The notes below the pieces were generated by a model that was not told where the DNA came from, searched no databases, and saw nothing but the letters and a program-made list of their open reading frames with translations. Below are positions 29,986 to 36,512 of a stretch of 39,077 nucleotides of DNA, one piece after another. The stretch lies in the IMG/VR virus record IMGVR_UViG_3300014775_001014, positions 1 through 39,077 of that record. The stretch is one strand, 5' to 3'. A program made the translations under genes and the position numbers. How positions within the stretch are numbered: the first letter of the stretch is position 1; every line of letters begins with the position of its first letter. The DNA comes from a virus. Lineage: Duplodnaviria; Caudoviricetes.

Positions 29986-30183
29986 ATGAAAATTCAAAAC
30001 TTATTAATTGCAACCCTAAGCTTTTTTCTCTCTGGCAGCCATACCGTCATTCAGGCCCAGACGATTCCCCAATTGTTATCACTTACGGATCAAGAATCCA
30101 CAACTCAAAATGATTCTGGTGACTTTTTTGAGCAAGACAGTTGCTGTATACGCCAGCGGCGGGGATGTGGTCGTCGCTGTTAA
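29986..30183 (+). CDS. 65-aa secreted peptide precursor, PatX-like architecture (signal peptide, acidic spacer, CCIRQRRGCGRRC)
   Basis: AAGG before ATG 29986; MKIQNLLIATLSFFLSGSHTVIQA resembles a Sec signal; C-terminal RGCGRR resembles RG(S/T)GRR. Confidence 0.55.
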   Translation: MKIQNLLIATLSFFLSGSHTVIQAQTIPQLLSLTDQESTTQNDSGDFFEQDSCCIRQRRGCGRRC

Positions 30184-30272
30184 CTGACGGTGGGGGTGTG
30201 GGGAGGCTATAAGTCCCAACGCTCTAATCTGTGATTGAGCGTTGGGATACATGGACATTCCCCACAAACAAT
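30180..30272 (+). repeat. 93-bp direct repeat copy 2 (IS200/IS605 left end)
   Basis: Differs from copy 1 by two single-base indels; perfect 11-bp stem TCCCAACGCTC/GAGCGTTGGGA (30214-30247) and outer stem TGTGGGGA/TCCCCACA. Confidence 0.92.
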
Positions 30273-30352
30273 AGCGAATTTGTGGAACCATCCTGAACCT
30301 AACAATTTTCTTAAAACAGCAGCTTCACCATATAATAAGGTCATGTCAGGTT

Positions 30353-30360
30353 TATAAATA
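30353..30360 (+). promoter_or_regulatory. T4-type late promoter
   Basis: Exact TATAAATA 26 nt upstream of ATG 30387. Confidence 0.7.
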
Positions 30361-30386
30361 ATTAAAAATTTAAAAAATCTACACAA

Positions 30387-30533
30387 ATGGAAGACCTTAA
30401 ACAAAAGCTATTAGTACTTATTGATGCCTACGCATCCGCTAAATTTTCGGATAATAATTATTTAATGGCTAAAATGGCAGATGAAATAAAGCAGTTTCTA
30501 GAAAGTGTAGAAATAGCTGAGAAGAGCGAATAA
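30387..30533 (+). CDS. 48-aa helical protein, absent from the ORF track
   Basis: MEDLKQKLLVLIDAYASAKFSDNNYLMAKMADEIKQFLESVEIAEKSE; follows a late promoter and ends 1 nt before the next ATG. Confidence 0.7.
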   Translation: MEDLKQKLLVLIDAYASAKFSDNNYLMAKMADEIKQFLESVEIAEKSE

Positions 30534-30534
30534 G

Positions 30535-31089
30535 ATGCCAAGAAAATATATAAGGGATTTTGCCGGAACAAAAATACAAAAGGTAGCCATAGAATCCGGT
30601 AGTACTGGTGGAAGTATAATAGAGGGGAGAGCCCCAATATTAACTGGAACTAGAAGCATTCACACCACAAAATCTGTTAACAGTGGAGTTACTGTTCCAC
30701 TCCTTTCAATTAGACCAAAACTTACATTTAAAGGACAACCTAACCATTCCTGGGTAAGACTTAAAGATTTTCAAATATCTACTTCTACTAATGGAGTATA
30801 TCAGCTAATTTATACTCCAGTATTGAGTGGAGAAGTTTGGACAGATGTTGATACGGATAATAGCCTCGTAGAATACGATTCTACGGCTTCTAGCTACACT
30901 AATGGATACATTCTTTATACTGGGGTTATAAACGCCGCTAAAGGGGCAGATAAGCTCACTATACCAAACATTAGAGACCCATTATATGTCTCTTCTGATG
31001 ATACAGAGACTTATCATTTAACCATAGTATTTACACCAGACTCTAACGGAACAGTAACTTCAGCAATAAATTGGGAGGAAATCTACTAA
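30535..31089 (+). CDS. Putative virion structural protein, 184 aa
   Basis: Late cluster; beta-rich 'VPLLSIRPK...S.VEYD.TA...AINWEEI' pattern of the kind seen in phage structural proteins. Confidence 0.6.
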   Translation: MPRKYIRDFAGTKIQKVAIESGSTGGSIIEGRAPILTGTRSIHTTKSVNSGVTVPLLSIRPKLTFKGQPNHSWVRLKDFQISTSTNGVYQLIYTPVLSGEVWTDVDTDNSLVEYDSTASSYTNGYILYTGVINAAKGADKLTIPNIRDPLYVSSDDTETYHLTIVFTPDSNGTVTSAINWEEIY

Positions 31090-31295
31090 TGAATTTCAAT
31101 TACGACGAACAAGAATACAGAGAATTATTTGAATCAGACGGAAATGAACTCAGACGAAGAATGTTGGGTCTATCTTTAAAAGAACCTCCATCCAGAGGAA
31201 AAATGAAGACCCCAGAAAGGGGTAAAATGAAGGGTGGAAAAAGAGTCAAATCTGGCATTAAAATCGGAAGAGAATATTTCTCTGCCAATTATTAA
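31089..31295 (+). CDS. Small protein with acidic N-terminus and basic C-terminus (RGKMK twice)
   Basis: TAATG overlap with the upstream gene supports ATG 31089. Confidence 0.6.
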   Translation: MNFNYDEQEYRELFESDGNELRRRMLGLSLKEPPSRGKMKTPERGKMKGGKRVKSGIKIGREYFSANY

Positions 31296-31332
31296 AATCT
31301 ATTTTGTTGACAAAAAAATTTGAGAAGGTGTT

Positions 31333-31358
31333 AAGTAGTTCTGAAGAACTACTTTTTT
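31333..31358 (+). terminator. Terminator-like hairpin immediately before the gp17 start
   Basis: AAGTAGTTC-TGAA-GAACTACTT-TTTT; ATG 31362 follows 3 nt later. Confidence 0.6.
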
Positions 31359-31361
31359 ACT

Positions 31362-33032
31362 ATGGAAAGATCTAAAGATACATTTAAAGGAAGTAAACTC
31401 CTTAAACCCAGTAACGTTGACATAGAATATACAGAAGACCAAATAAAAGAAATTATAAAATGTCGAGAAAATCCTGTACATTTTATTGAAAACTATATGA
31501 AAATCGTAAGTTTGGATAGAGGTATCATCCCATTCAAACTTTACCCATTCCAGAGAGAAATGATTGAAATGTTCCATAAAGAAAAATACTCTCTGGTAAA
31601 ATTATCTAGACAGGCAGGAAAGACTACTACAACTGTAGGATTTGTTTTACACGAGCTTATTTTTAACAATAACCATACTATTGGTATTCTTGCGAACAAA
31701 CTTTCAATGTCTAAAGAAATTATAGCAAGAATACAATTAGCATATGAAAAGCTACCAAAATGGCTTCAGCATGGAATTATATCATGGAATAAGGGCTCTA
31801 TAAACCTAGAAAATGGCTCGTCTGTTATAGCAGCTTCTACATCGAGTTCAGCAGTTCGTGGGCTATCTTTTAATACAATTATATTGGATGAATTTGCATT
31901 TGTACCAGAACATATAGCAGAAGAGTTTTTTACCTCTACCTACCCAACAATCACGGCAGGTAAAAGTACAAAAGTAATTATAACTTCAACTCCTAAGGGA
32001 TTTAATTTATTTTACAAGCTATGGACAGATGCCAAAAGTGGTAAGAATGAATTTAAAACCTTTACCATAAATTGGTGGGATGTCCCCGGTAGAGACGAAA
32101 AATTCAAAGAAGAAACGATAAGAAACACTAGTCTTGCTCAGTGGAGACAAGAGTTTGAAACATCCTTTTTAGGTTCTTCGGATACTCTTATAGAACCGGA
32201 TAAATTATCAAAAATTCCAACAAAAAGACCTCTGGAGTTTGATGACCATTTAAGTATATATGAGAGACCAAGAGATGATGGAATGTACCTTATAACAGTA
32301 GACGTTGCTAGAGGTACTGGACAGGATTATTCAGCATTTGTTGTATTTGATATCTCTCAGATACCCTATAAAGTAGTAGGAAAATATAGAAACAATAAAA
32401 TAAAACCTTTAGTATTTCCTTCTATAATCAAGAGAATAGCTGAAAGATATAATAACTCTCATATACTAGTAGAAATCAATGATATAGGTCAACAGATAGC
32501 TGAAATCCTTTATATAGATTTGGAGTATGAATATGTCCTGATGTGTGCTATGAGAGGGCGTGCTGGACAGGTTCTTGGAGGTTATTTCTCTAAAAAAGCT
32601 AACTACGGACTCAAAATGTCTCAAAGCACTAAAAAACTAGGATGCTCAAATCTTAAAACATTAATAGAATCCGACAGATTAATTTTTTCAGATTATGATA
32701 TTCTTGAAGAATTAACTAGATTTGTCAGATACAACAAAACCTATAGAGCAGATTCTGGATATCATGACGACTTAGTAATTTGCTTAGTTATATTTGCTTG
32801 GGCATCTACACAGACATATTTTAAAGAATTGACTTCCAACGATGTTAGAGAACATCTATATAAAGAAAAACAAAAGCATATAGAAAATTCTTTAATGCCA
32901 TTTGGATTTCAGGAAAATGGAGTAGAATTTATGGGAGAACTTGTAACAGAAAACAATGTAATGGATGGTGATGTGTGGCTAAAGGGAGATGATAATCCAG
33001 ATTTAAACTTTGGACATAGTTACTTACTATGA
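31362..33032 (+). CDS. gp17: Terminase large subunit gp17
   Basis: LYPFQ, Walker A SRQAGKT, Walker B IILDEFAF, coupling motif ITSTPKG, nuclease TVDVARG..DYS and HDDLV. Confidence 0.97.
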   Translation: MERSKDTFKGSKLLKPSNVDIEYTEDQIKEIIKCRENPVHFIENYMKIVSLDRGIIPFKLYPFQREMIEMFHKEKYSLVKLSRQAGKTTTTVGFVLHELIFNNNHTIGILANKLSMSKEIIARIQLAYEKLPKWLQHGIISWNKGSINLENGSSVIAASTSSSAVRGLSFNTIILDEFAFVPEHIAEEFFTSTYPTITAGKSTKVIITSTPKGFNLFYKLWTDAKSGKNEFKTFTINWWDVPGRDEKFKEETIRNTSLAQWRQEFETSFLGSSDTLIEPDKLSKIPTKRPLEFDDHLSIYERPRDDGMYLITVDVARGTGQDYSAFVVFDISQIPYKVVGKYRNNKIKPLVFPSIIKRIAERYNNSHILVEINDIGQQIAEILYIDLEYEYVLMCAMRGRAGQVLGGYFSKKANYGLKMSQSTKKLGCSNLKTLIESDRLIFSDYDILEELTRFVRYNKTYRADSGYHDDLVICLVIFAWASTQTYFKELTSNDVREHLYKEKQKHIENSLMPFGFQENGVEFMGELVTENNVMDGDVWLKGDDNPDLNFGHSYLL

Positions 33033-33430
33033 TCACTTAACTTTTCAATTATTTGTGTTACTGGAAATTTATAGGTTCTAAAACTATTTAAAATCATACT
33101 TGTATTTTCTACAACACATTTATTTAACATAAATGTAATAACCCTCTCAGTGACTACTGTTACTCCATGCCTACTAAGATAATTGACATCATAGTTTGAT
33201 ATTTCTGGAAAGAACTCTTTAAAGCTTTTTGTTTCTATTAGGGGAGTTAAATCACACGTAGTATTACTTAAATTACATACATAGCTAAGTTTGAAAATAT
33301 TCAATACGACACTACCATCTGTCTTATAGTCTGGAGTATGCTCCAGAACTAAATTTGTGAGAGTTTCATTCATAAGAACATACCAACGATCTTCTAGGTG
33401 TTCTTTCAGAAATATTTCAAACTTTTTCAT
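33020..33430 (-). CDS. Hypothetical protein, 136 aa; the only credible minus-strand gene
   Basis: Fills the gap after gp17 with a 13-nt convergent overlap; TTAAATA just upstream on - strand; N-terminus MKKFEIFLKE. Confidence 0.65.
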   Translation of the reverse strand: MKKFEIFLKEHLEDRWYVLMNETLTNLVLEHTPDYKTDGSVVLNIFKLSYVCNLSNTTCDLTPLIETKSFKEFFPEISNYDVNYLSRHGVTVVTERVITFMLNKCVVENTSMILNSFRTYKFPVTQIIEKLSDHSK

Positions 33431-33501
33431 AAATATTTAAGCTCACTAAATTTGATTAAAGTCCTATTTTAGAAATTTGGACAATTTTAAGGAGATTGAT
33501 T

Positions 33502-33690
33502 ATGGACAGAAAAACATTATTGAAACTCAGAAAACGTGGTTGGGCTGTTTTAAATGGACAGAACGGAAAGCCCGCTATGATAGTATCTCAAGAAGTTAGA
33601 GAGAATTTAAAACGAAACGAGATTCCAGTAGATAGGCAAAACAAATTGAAAAACAAGGATAATTGGGTGAACGATTATATTGTTCTTTGA
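33502..33690 (+). CDS. Hypothetical protein, 62 aa
   Basis: AAGGAG RBS spaced for ATG 33502; followed by a terminator. Confidence 0.6.
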   Translation: MDRKTLLKLRKRGWAVLNGQNGKPAMIVSQEVRENLKRNEIPVDRQNKLKNKDNWVNDYIVL

Positions 33691-33700
33691 TTTTGGGATT

Positions 33701-33725
33701 GGAGGTGCTGATGCACCTCTTTTTT
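33701..33725 (+). terminator. Intrinsic terminator
   Basis: GAGGTGC-TGAT-GCACCTC-TTTTTT. Confidence 0.85.
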
Positions 33726-33732
33726 ATTTATA
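33725..33732 (-). promoter_or_regulatory. Possible minus-strand late promoter
   Basis: TATTTATA reads TATAAATA on - strand, pointing toward the 33020..33430 gene. Confidence 0.4.
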
Positions 33733-33779
33733 GCATGGGTTCACAAATTTTGCCATTCATAATAGTTTTTGGGGTTTAT

Positions 33780-33787
33780 TATAAATA
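33780..33787 (+). promoter_or_regulatory. T4-type late promoter for gp18
   Basis: Exact TATAAATA upstream of AGGAG and ATG 33830. Confidence 0.8.
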
Positions 33788-33829
33788 TTTTTAAATATAT
33801 AATTATTTTTTAAACGATAAGGAGATAAT

Positions 33830-35779
33830 ATGGTTTTAGTTTCTCCAGGTATAGAAATTAAAGAAATAGAATTGACACGTTCTATAGACGTGTCTGACCA
33901 AACTATAGCTTTTGTTCCTATCCCTGCGGTTAAAGGGCCTTTAGATAAGGTTTTATACATAAATTCTAGAAAAGAGCTGGTAGACTTGCTTGGAGAGCCT
34001 AATGGTTCCAATTACGAGTATTGGTTTGCTGGTGCTACCATAATCCAATATGGTGGTATTTTAGCTACCTACAGACCTAGTACTGACCAGTTAAACTCTG
34101 CTACAGACACCGGAGTAAATGAGTTAGTTAAAAACTACGAAGATTACTACGAAAGAAAAGGAACCTTCACCACGTTTGATGTCATTTCTAGAAGTGCATC
34201 AGATGACTATAACGGACTCTTAATTAGTACAGCTTGTGCATCTCAGATAGCTGCTTACGATGCTTTAAATGTTGCATCATTTAATGTAGCGACATTAGGT
34301 TCTGGAGCCTTAGATATAGGAGTAGAGGTAGACATCTTTGATGGGGCTACTGTTATAGGAACAGGAACAATCGTAGCGATAAATACAAACGATACCGATT
34401 TCACTTTGTATGTAGGATTCACCACAGCAGTCCCCACAGTGGGCATAGGTGATGAAGTTCAACTTACTGGCAGTGGAGTAGCTACTGAAACAGCAACTAC
34501 AGCATCTACCGAAGTTTCAGCAGACCCGAATTGGGATGTTTGGGATGTTATGGAGTATGCTCCTGGTAAAAAATGGAGTTCTTTGTATATTCCCAGACCT
34601 GCCACTTCTGAATATGGCACTTTAAGAAATATTCCCAATGACGAAGTTCATGTAATCATTGTAGATGAACTTGGAACCTTTAGTGGAGTTGCTGGTAGTA
34701 TTTTAGAAAAATACATAGGAAACTCTAAAGAAGAAAATGCCACTGGCTTAGATGGTATTTCCATATTCTACAAACAAAAAATAGAAACTTTAAGTGATTA
34801 CATTTACTTCGTAGGTGATGCTACTTTAGCACCCCTCAACACTTACACCTTACAAGGTGGTTCAAATTACGATTTTACAATTGGTGTAGAGTTAGATAAA
34901 ATCGAATCCGCAGTTTTAAGTAGCTTGGATGTAATCAATGATGCCGAATCTTACAGTGATATAGATTTCATTCTAACCGGAAAGATTACCGCAGCTTTGG
35001 CAGCAGAAGCTATAAGAGTTGCTACTGAAAGAAAAGACTGCATGGCATGTATCTCTCCAGAGCGTTCTGATGTAGTGAATTCTAGCCTGGACAACAACAC
35101 CAAAAACCAAAACGTAGTCAATTTCTTCAGTCAATTCTCTAGTAGTTCCTACGCAGTATTTGACAACAATTACAAATACCTATACGACGAATATGCTAAG
35201 TTGTATAGATATGTTCCCTGTGCTGCCGATGTCGCTGGATTGATGATTAATGTAACAAACAACTCAGAGTCCTGGTTTAGTCCCGCTGGAGCGACTAGAG
35301 GCAACTTAAGAAATGCTATACAATTAGCCTACAATGCCAATAGAAATCAAAGAGATTTGTTGTACACCAACAGAATAAATCCTATTGTTTCTATTGCTGG
35401 TAGTGGTGCTAGATTGATGGGTGATAAAACTGCCCTTAGTTACACTAGTGTCTTCGACAGAATAAACGTCAGAAGATTGTTCATAACTTTAGAAACCTTT
35501 ATCGGAAGATTTGCTAGAGACCAACTGTTTGAAATCAACGATGACACTACTAGAAACAACTTCCGTACTACAGTGGAAGCTTACATGAGAGATGTTGAAG
35601 CTAGAAGAGGTGTTCAAGACTTCCGTGTAGTTTGTGATACCACAAATAATACACAAGAAGTAATTAACAGAAACGAGTTTGTTGCTGATATCTATATCAG
35701 ACCTTCTCGTTCCATCAACTTCATTCAACTGAACTTTATAGCTACTTCTACTGACATAGCGTTCACAGAAATAGTATAG
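33830..35779 (+). CDS. gp18: Tail sheath protein gp18
   Basis: LVSPGIEIKEI, RKDCMACISP, WFSPAGATRG, FDRINVRRLF, FVADIYIRPSRSINFIQLNF. Confidence 0.97.
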   Translation: MVLVSPGIEIKEIELTRSIDVSDQTIAFVPIPAVKGPLDKVLYINSRKELVDLLGEPNGSNYEYWFAGATIIQYGGILATYRPSTDQLNSATDTGVNELVKNYEDYYERKGTFTTFDVISRSASDDYNGLLISTACASQIAAYDALNVASFNVATLGSGALDIGVEVDIFDGATVIGTGTIVAINTNDTDFTLYVGFTTAVPTVGIGDEVQLTGSGVATETATTASTEVSADPNWDVWDVMEYAPGKKWSSLYIPRPATSEYGTLRNIPNDEVHVIIVDELGTFSGVAGSILEKYIGNSKEENATGLDGISIFYKQKIETLSDYIYFVGDATLAPLNTYTLQGGSNYDFTIGVELDKIESAVLSSLDVINDAESYSDIDFILTGKITAALAAEAIRVATERKDCMACISPERSDVVNSSLDNNTKNQNVVNFFSQFSSSSYAVFDNNYKYLYDEYAKLYRYVPCAADVAGLMINVTNNSESWFSPAGATRGNLRNAIQLAYNANRNQRDLLYTNRINPIVSIAGSGARLMGDKTALSYTSVFDRINVRRLFITLETFIGRFARDQLFEINDDTTRNNFRTTVEAYMRDVEARRGVQDFRVVCDTTNNTQEVINRNEFVADIYIRPSRSINFIQLNFIATSTDIAFTEIV

Positions 35780-35791
35780 GAGAAATAAAAG

Positions 35792-36412
35792 ATGCCTAGT
35801 AGTATATCAGAATTTAAACAGAAACTTATCCGTGGTGGAGCTAGACCAAATTTATTTGAAGTTAATGTCACCTTTCCGGAACAGTTGACTTCTGTAAATA
35901 CCTTAAGTGGTGCTGTGGAACAAGATGCTTCTAACGTGAGTACACTTCAGGAGTATACGAAATTCCTAGCTAAATCTGCTCAGATTCCCGGCATGAACTT
36001 GGGAACTATACAACTTCCCTATAGAGGTAGGGTAGTTAAATTCCCCGGAGACAGAACCTTTGAACCCTTTACAATAACTGTTCATAATGATGGAGCAAAC
36101 TTTGTTAGATCTGGTTTTGAAGCATGGAACAATGCTATCAATGATTTAGCAAATAATGTTGGGACTATTTGTTTCCCAGATTATGCTAGAGATGTCATTG
36201 TCAAACAGCTTGGTAGAGGTTGTGGTGGAGAAGCAGAAACTAGCAATTCCTTACCAGTAATTAGAACCTATAAGTTAGTCAATGCTTGGGTAGCTAATGT
36301 TAGTCCTATTGATTTGAACTATGGTTCCGTAGATACAATTTCTGAGTTCTCAGTAACATTTGAATATGATTACTTTGTAATAGAAGAAATTGAAAGAGTC
36401 GAAAATGCCTAG
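35792..36412 (+). CDS. gp19: Tail tube protein gp19
   Basis: GGARPNLFEV, PYRGRVVKFPGDRTF, EFSVTFEYDY. Confidence 0.96.
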   Translation: MPSSISEFKQKLIRGGARPNLFEVNVTFPEQLTSVNTLSGAVEQDASNVSTLQEYTKFLAKSAQIPGMNLGTIQLPYRGRVVKFPGDRTFEPFTITVHNDGANFVRSGFEAWNNAINDLANNVGTICFPDYARDVIVKQLGRGCGGEAETSNSLPVIRTYKLVNAWVANVSPIDLNYGSVDTISEFSVTFEYDYFVIEEIERVENA

Positions 36413-36429
36413 ATTTTAATAAAAATCTC

Positions 36430-36452
36430 CCCCTTTAAGTAGGGGTTTTTTT
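36430..36452 (+). terminator. Intrinsic terminator after gp19
   Basis: CCCCT-TTAAGT-AGGGG-TTTTTTT. Confidence 0.65.
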
Positions 36453-36476
36453 ATTGGCAATTTTCGGAAAATATGA

Positions 36477-36484
36477 TATAAATA
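36477..36484 (+). promoter_or_regulatory. T4-type late promoter for gp20
   Basis: Exact TATAAATA 28 nt upstream of ATG 36513. Confidence 0.75.
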
Positions 36485-36512
36485 TAACAAAGACAACTTT
36501 AAGTGACTTGAT

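Larger units (their letters stand above)
29514..30272 (+). mobile_element. Non-autonomous IS200/IS605-family derivative: left end, deleted tnpB, passenger DNA, second left end
   Basis: Two near-identical hairpin-containing ends, TnpB RuvC-I fragment, visibly higher GC than flanking phage genes; no tnpA and no convincing right end. Confidence 0.8.

Noticed and set aside
29575-30183. 202-aa ORF as a functional TnpB
   Set aside because: TTG start lies within the hairpin; only RuvC-I and the bridge-helix region are present; the C-terminal part is unrelated passenger sequence
29513-30272. 93-bp repeats as a CRISPR or guide-RNA array
   Set aside because: Only two copies, too long, 574-bp interval containing coding DNA; position before tnpB and the guide/target match fit an IS left end
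30273-30350. Possible IS right end near CTTCACC...CATGTCAG
   Set aside because: No hairpin resembling the left-end stem and no clear guide/cleavage-site pair
30079-30404. Minus-strand ORFs 30079..30291 and 30207..30404
   Set aside because: They run through the IS end, a late promoter and plus-strand genes; no motifs
31307-31337. TTGACA at 31307-31312 as a gp17 promoter
   Set aside because: Hexamers at 17-18 nt (GTTAAG, TTAAGT) are poor -10 matches
31338-31349. GTTC-N4-GAAC as a LexA box
   Set aside because: Half-site order is reversed relative to GAAC-N4-GTTC, and it is explained by the terminator-like stem
31362-33032. Intein or intron in gp17
   Set aside because: Normal length, contiguous motifs, no splicing blocks
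1746-35728. Numerous short minus-strand ORFs and the nested 24776..25006 ORF
   Set aside because: Almost entirely overlap well-supported plus-strand genes; shadow ORFs
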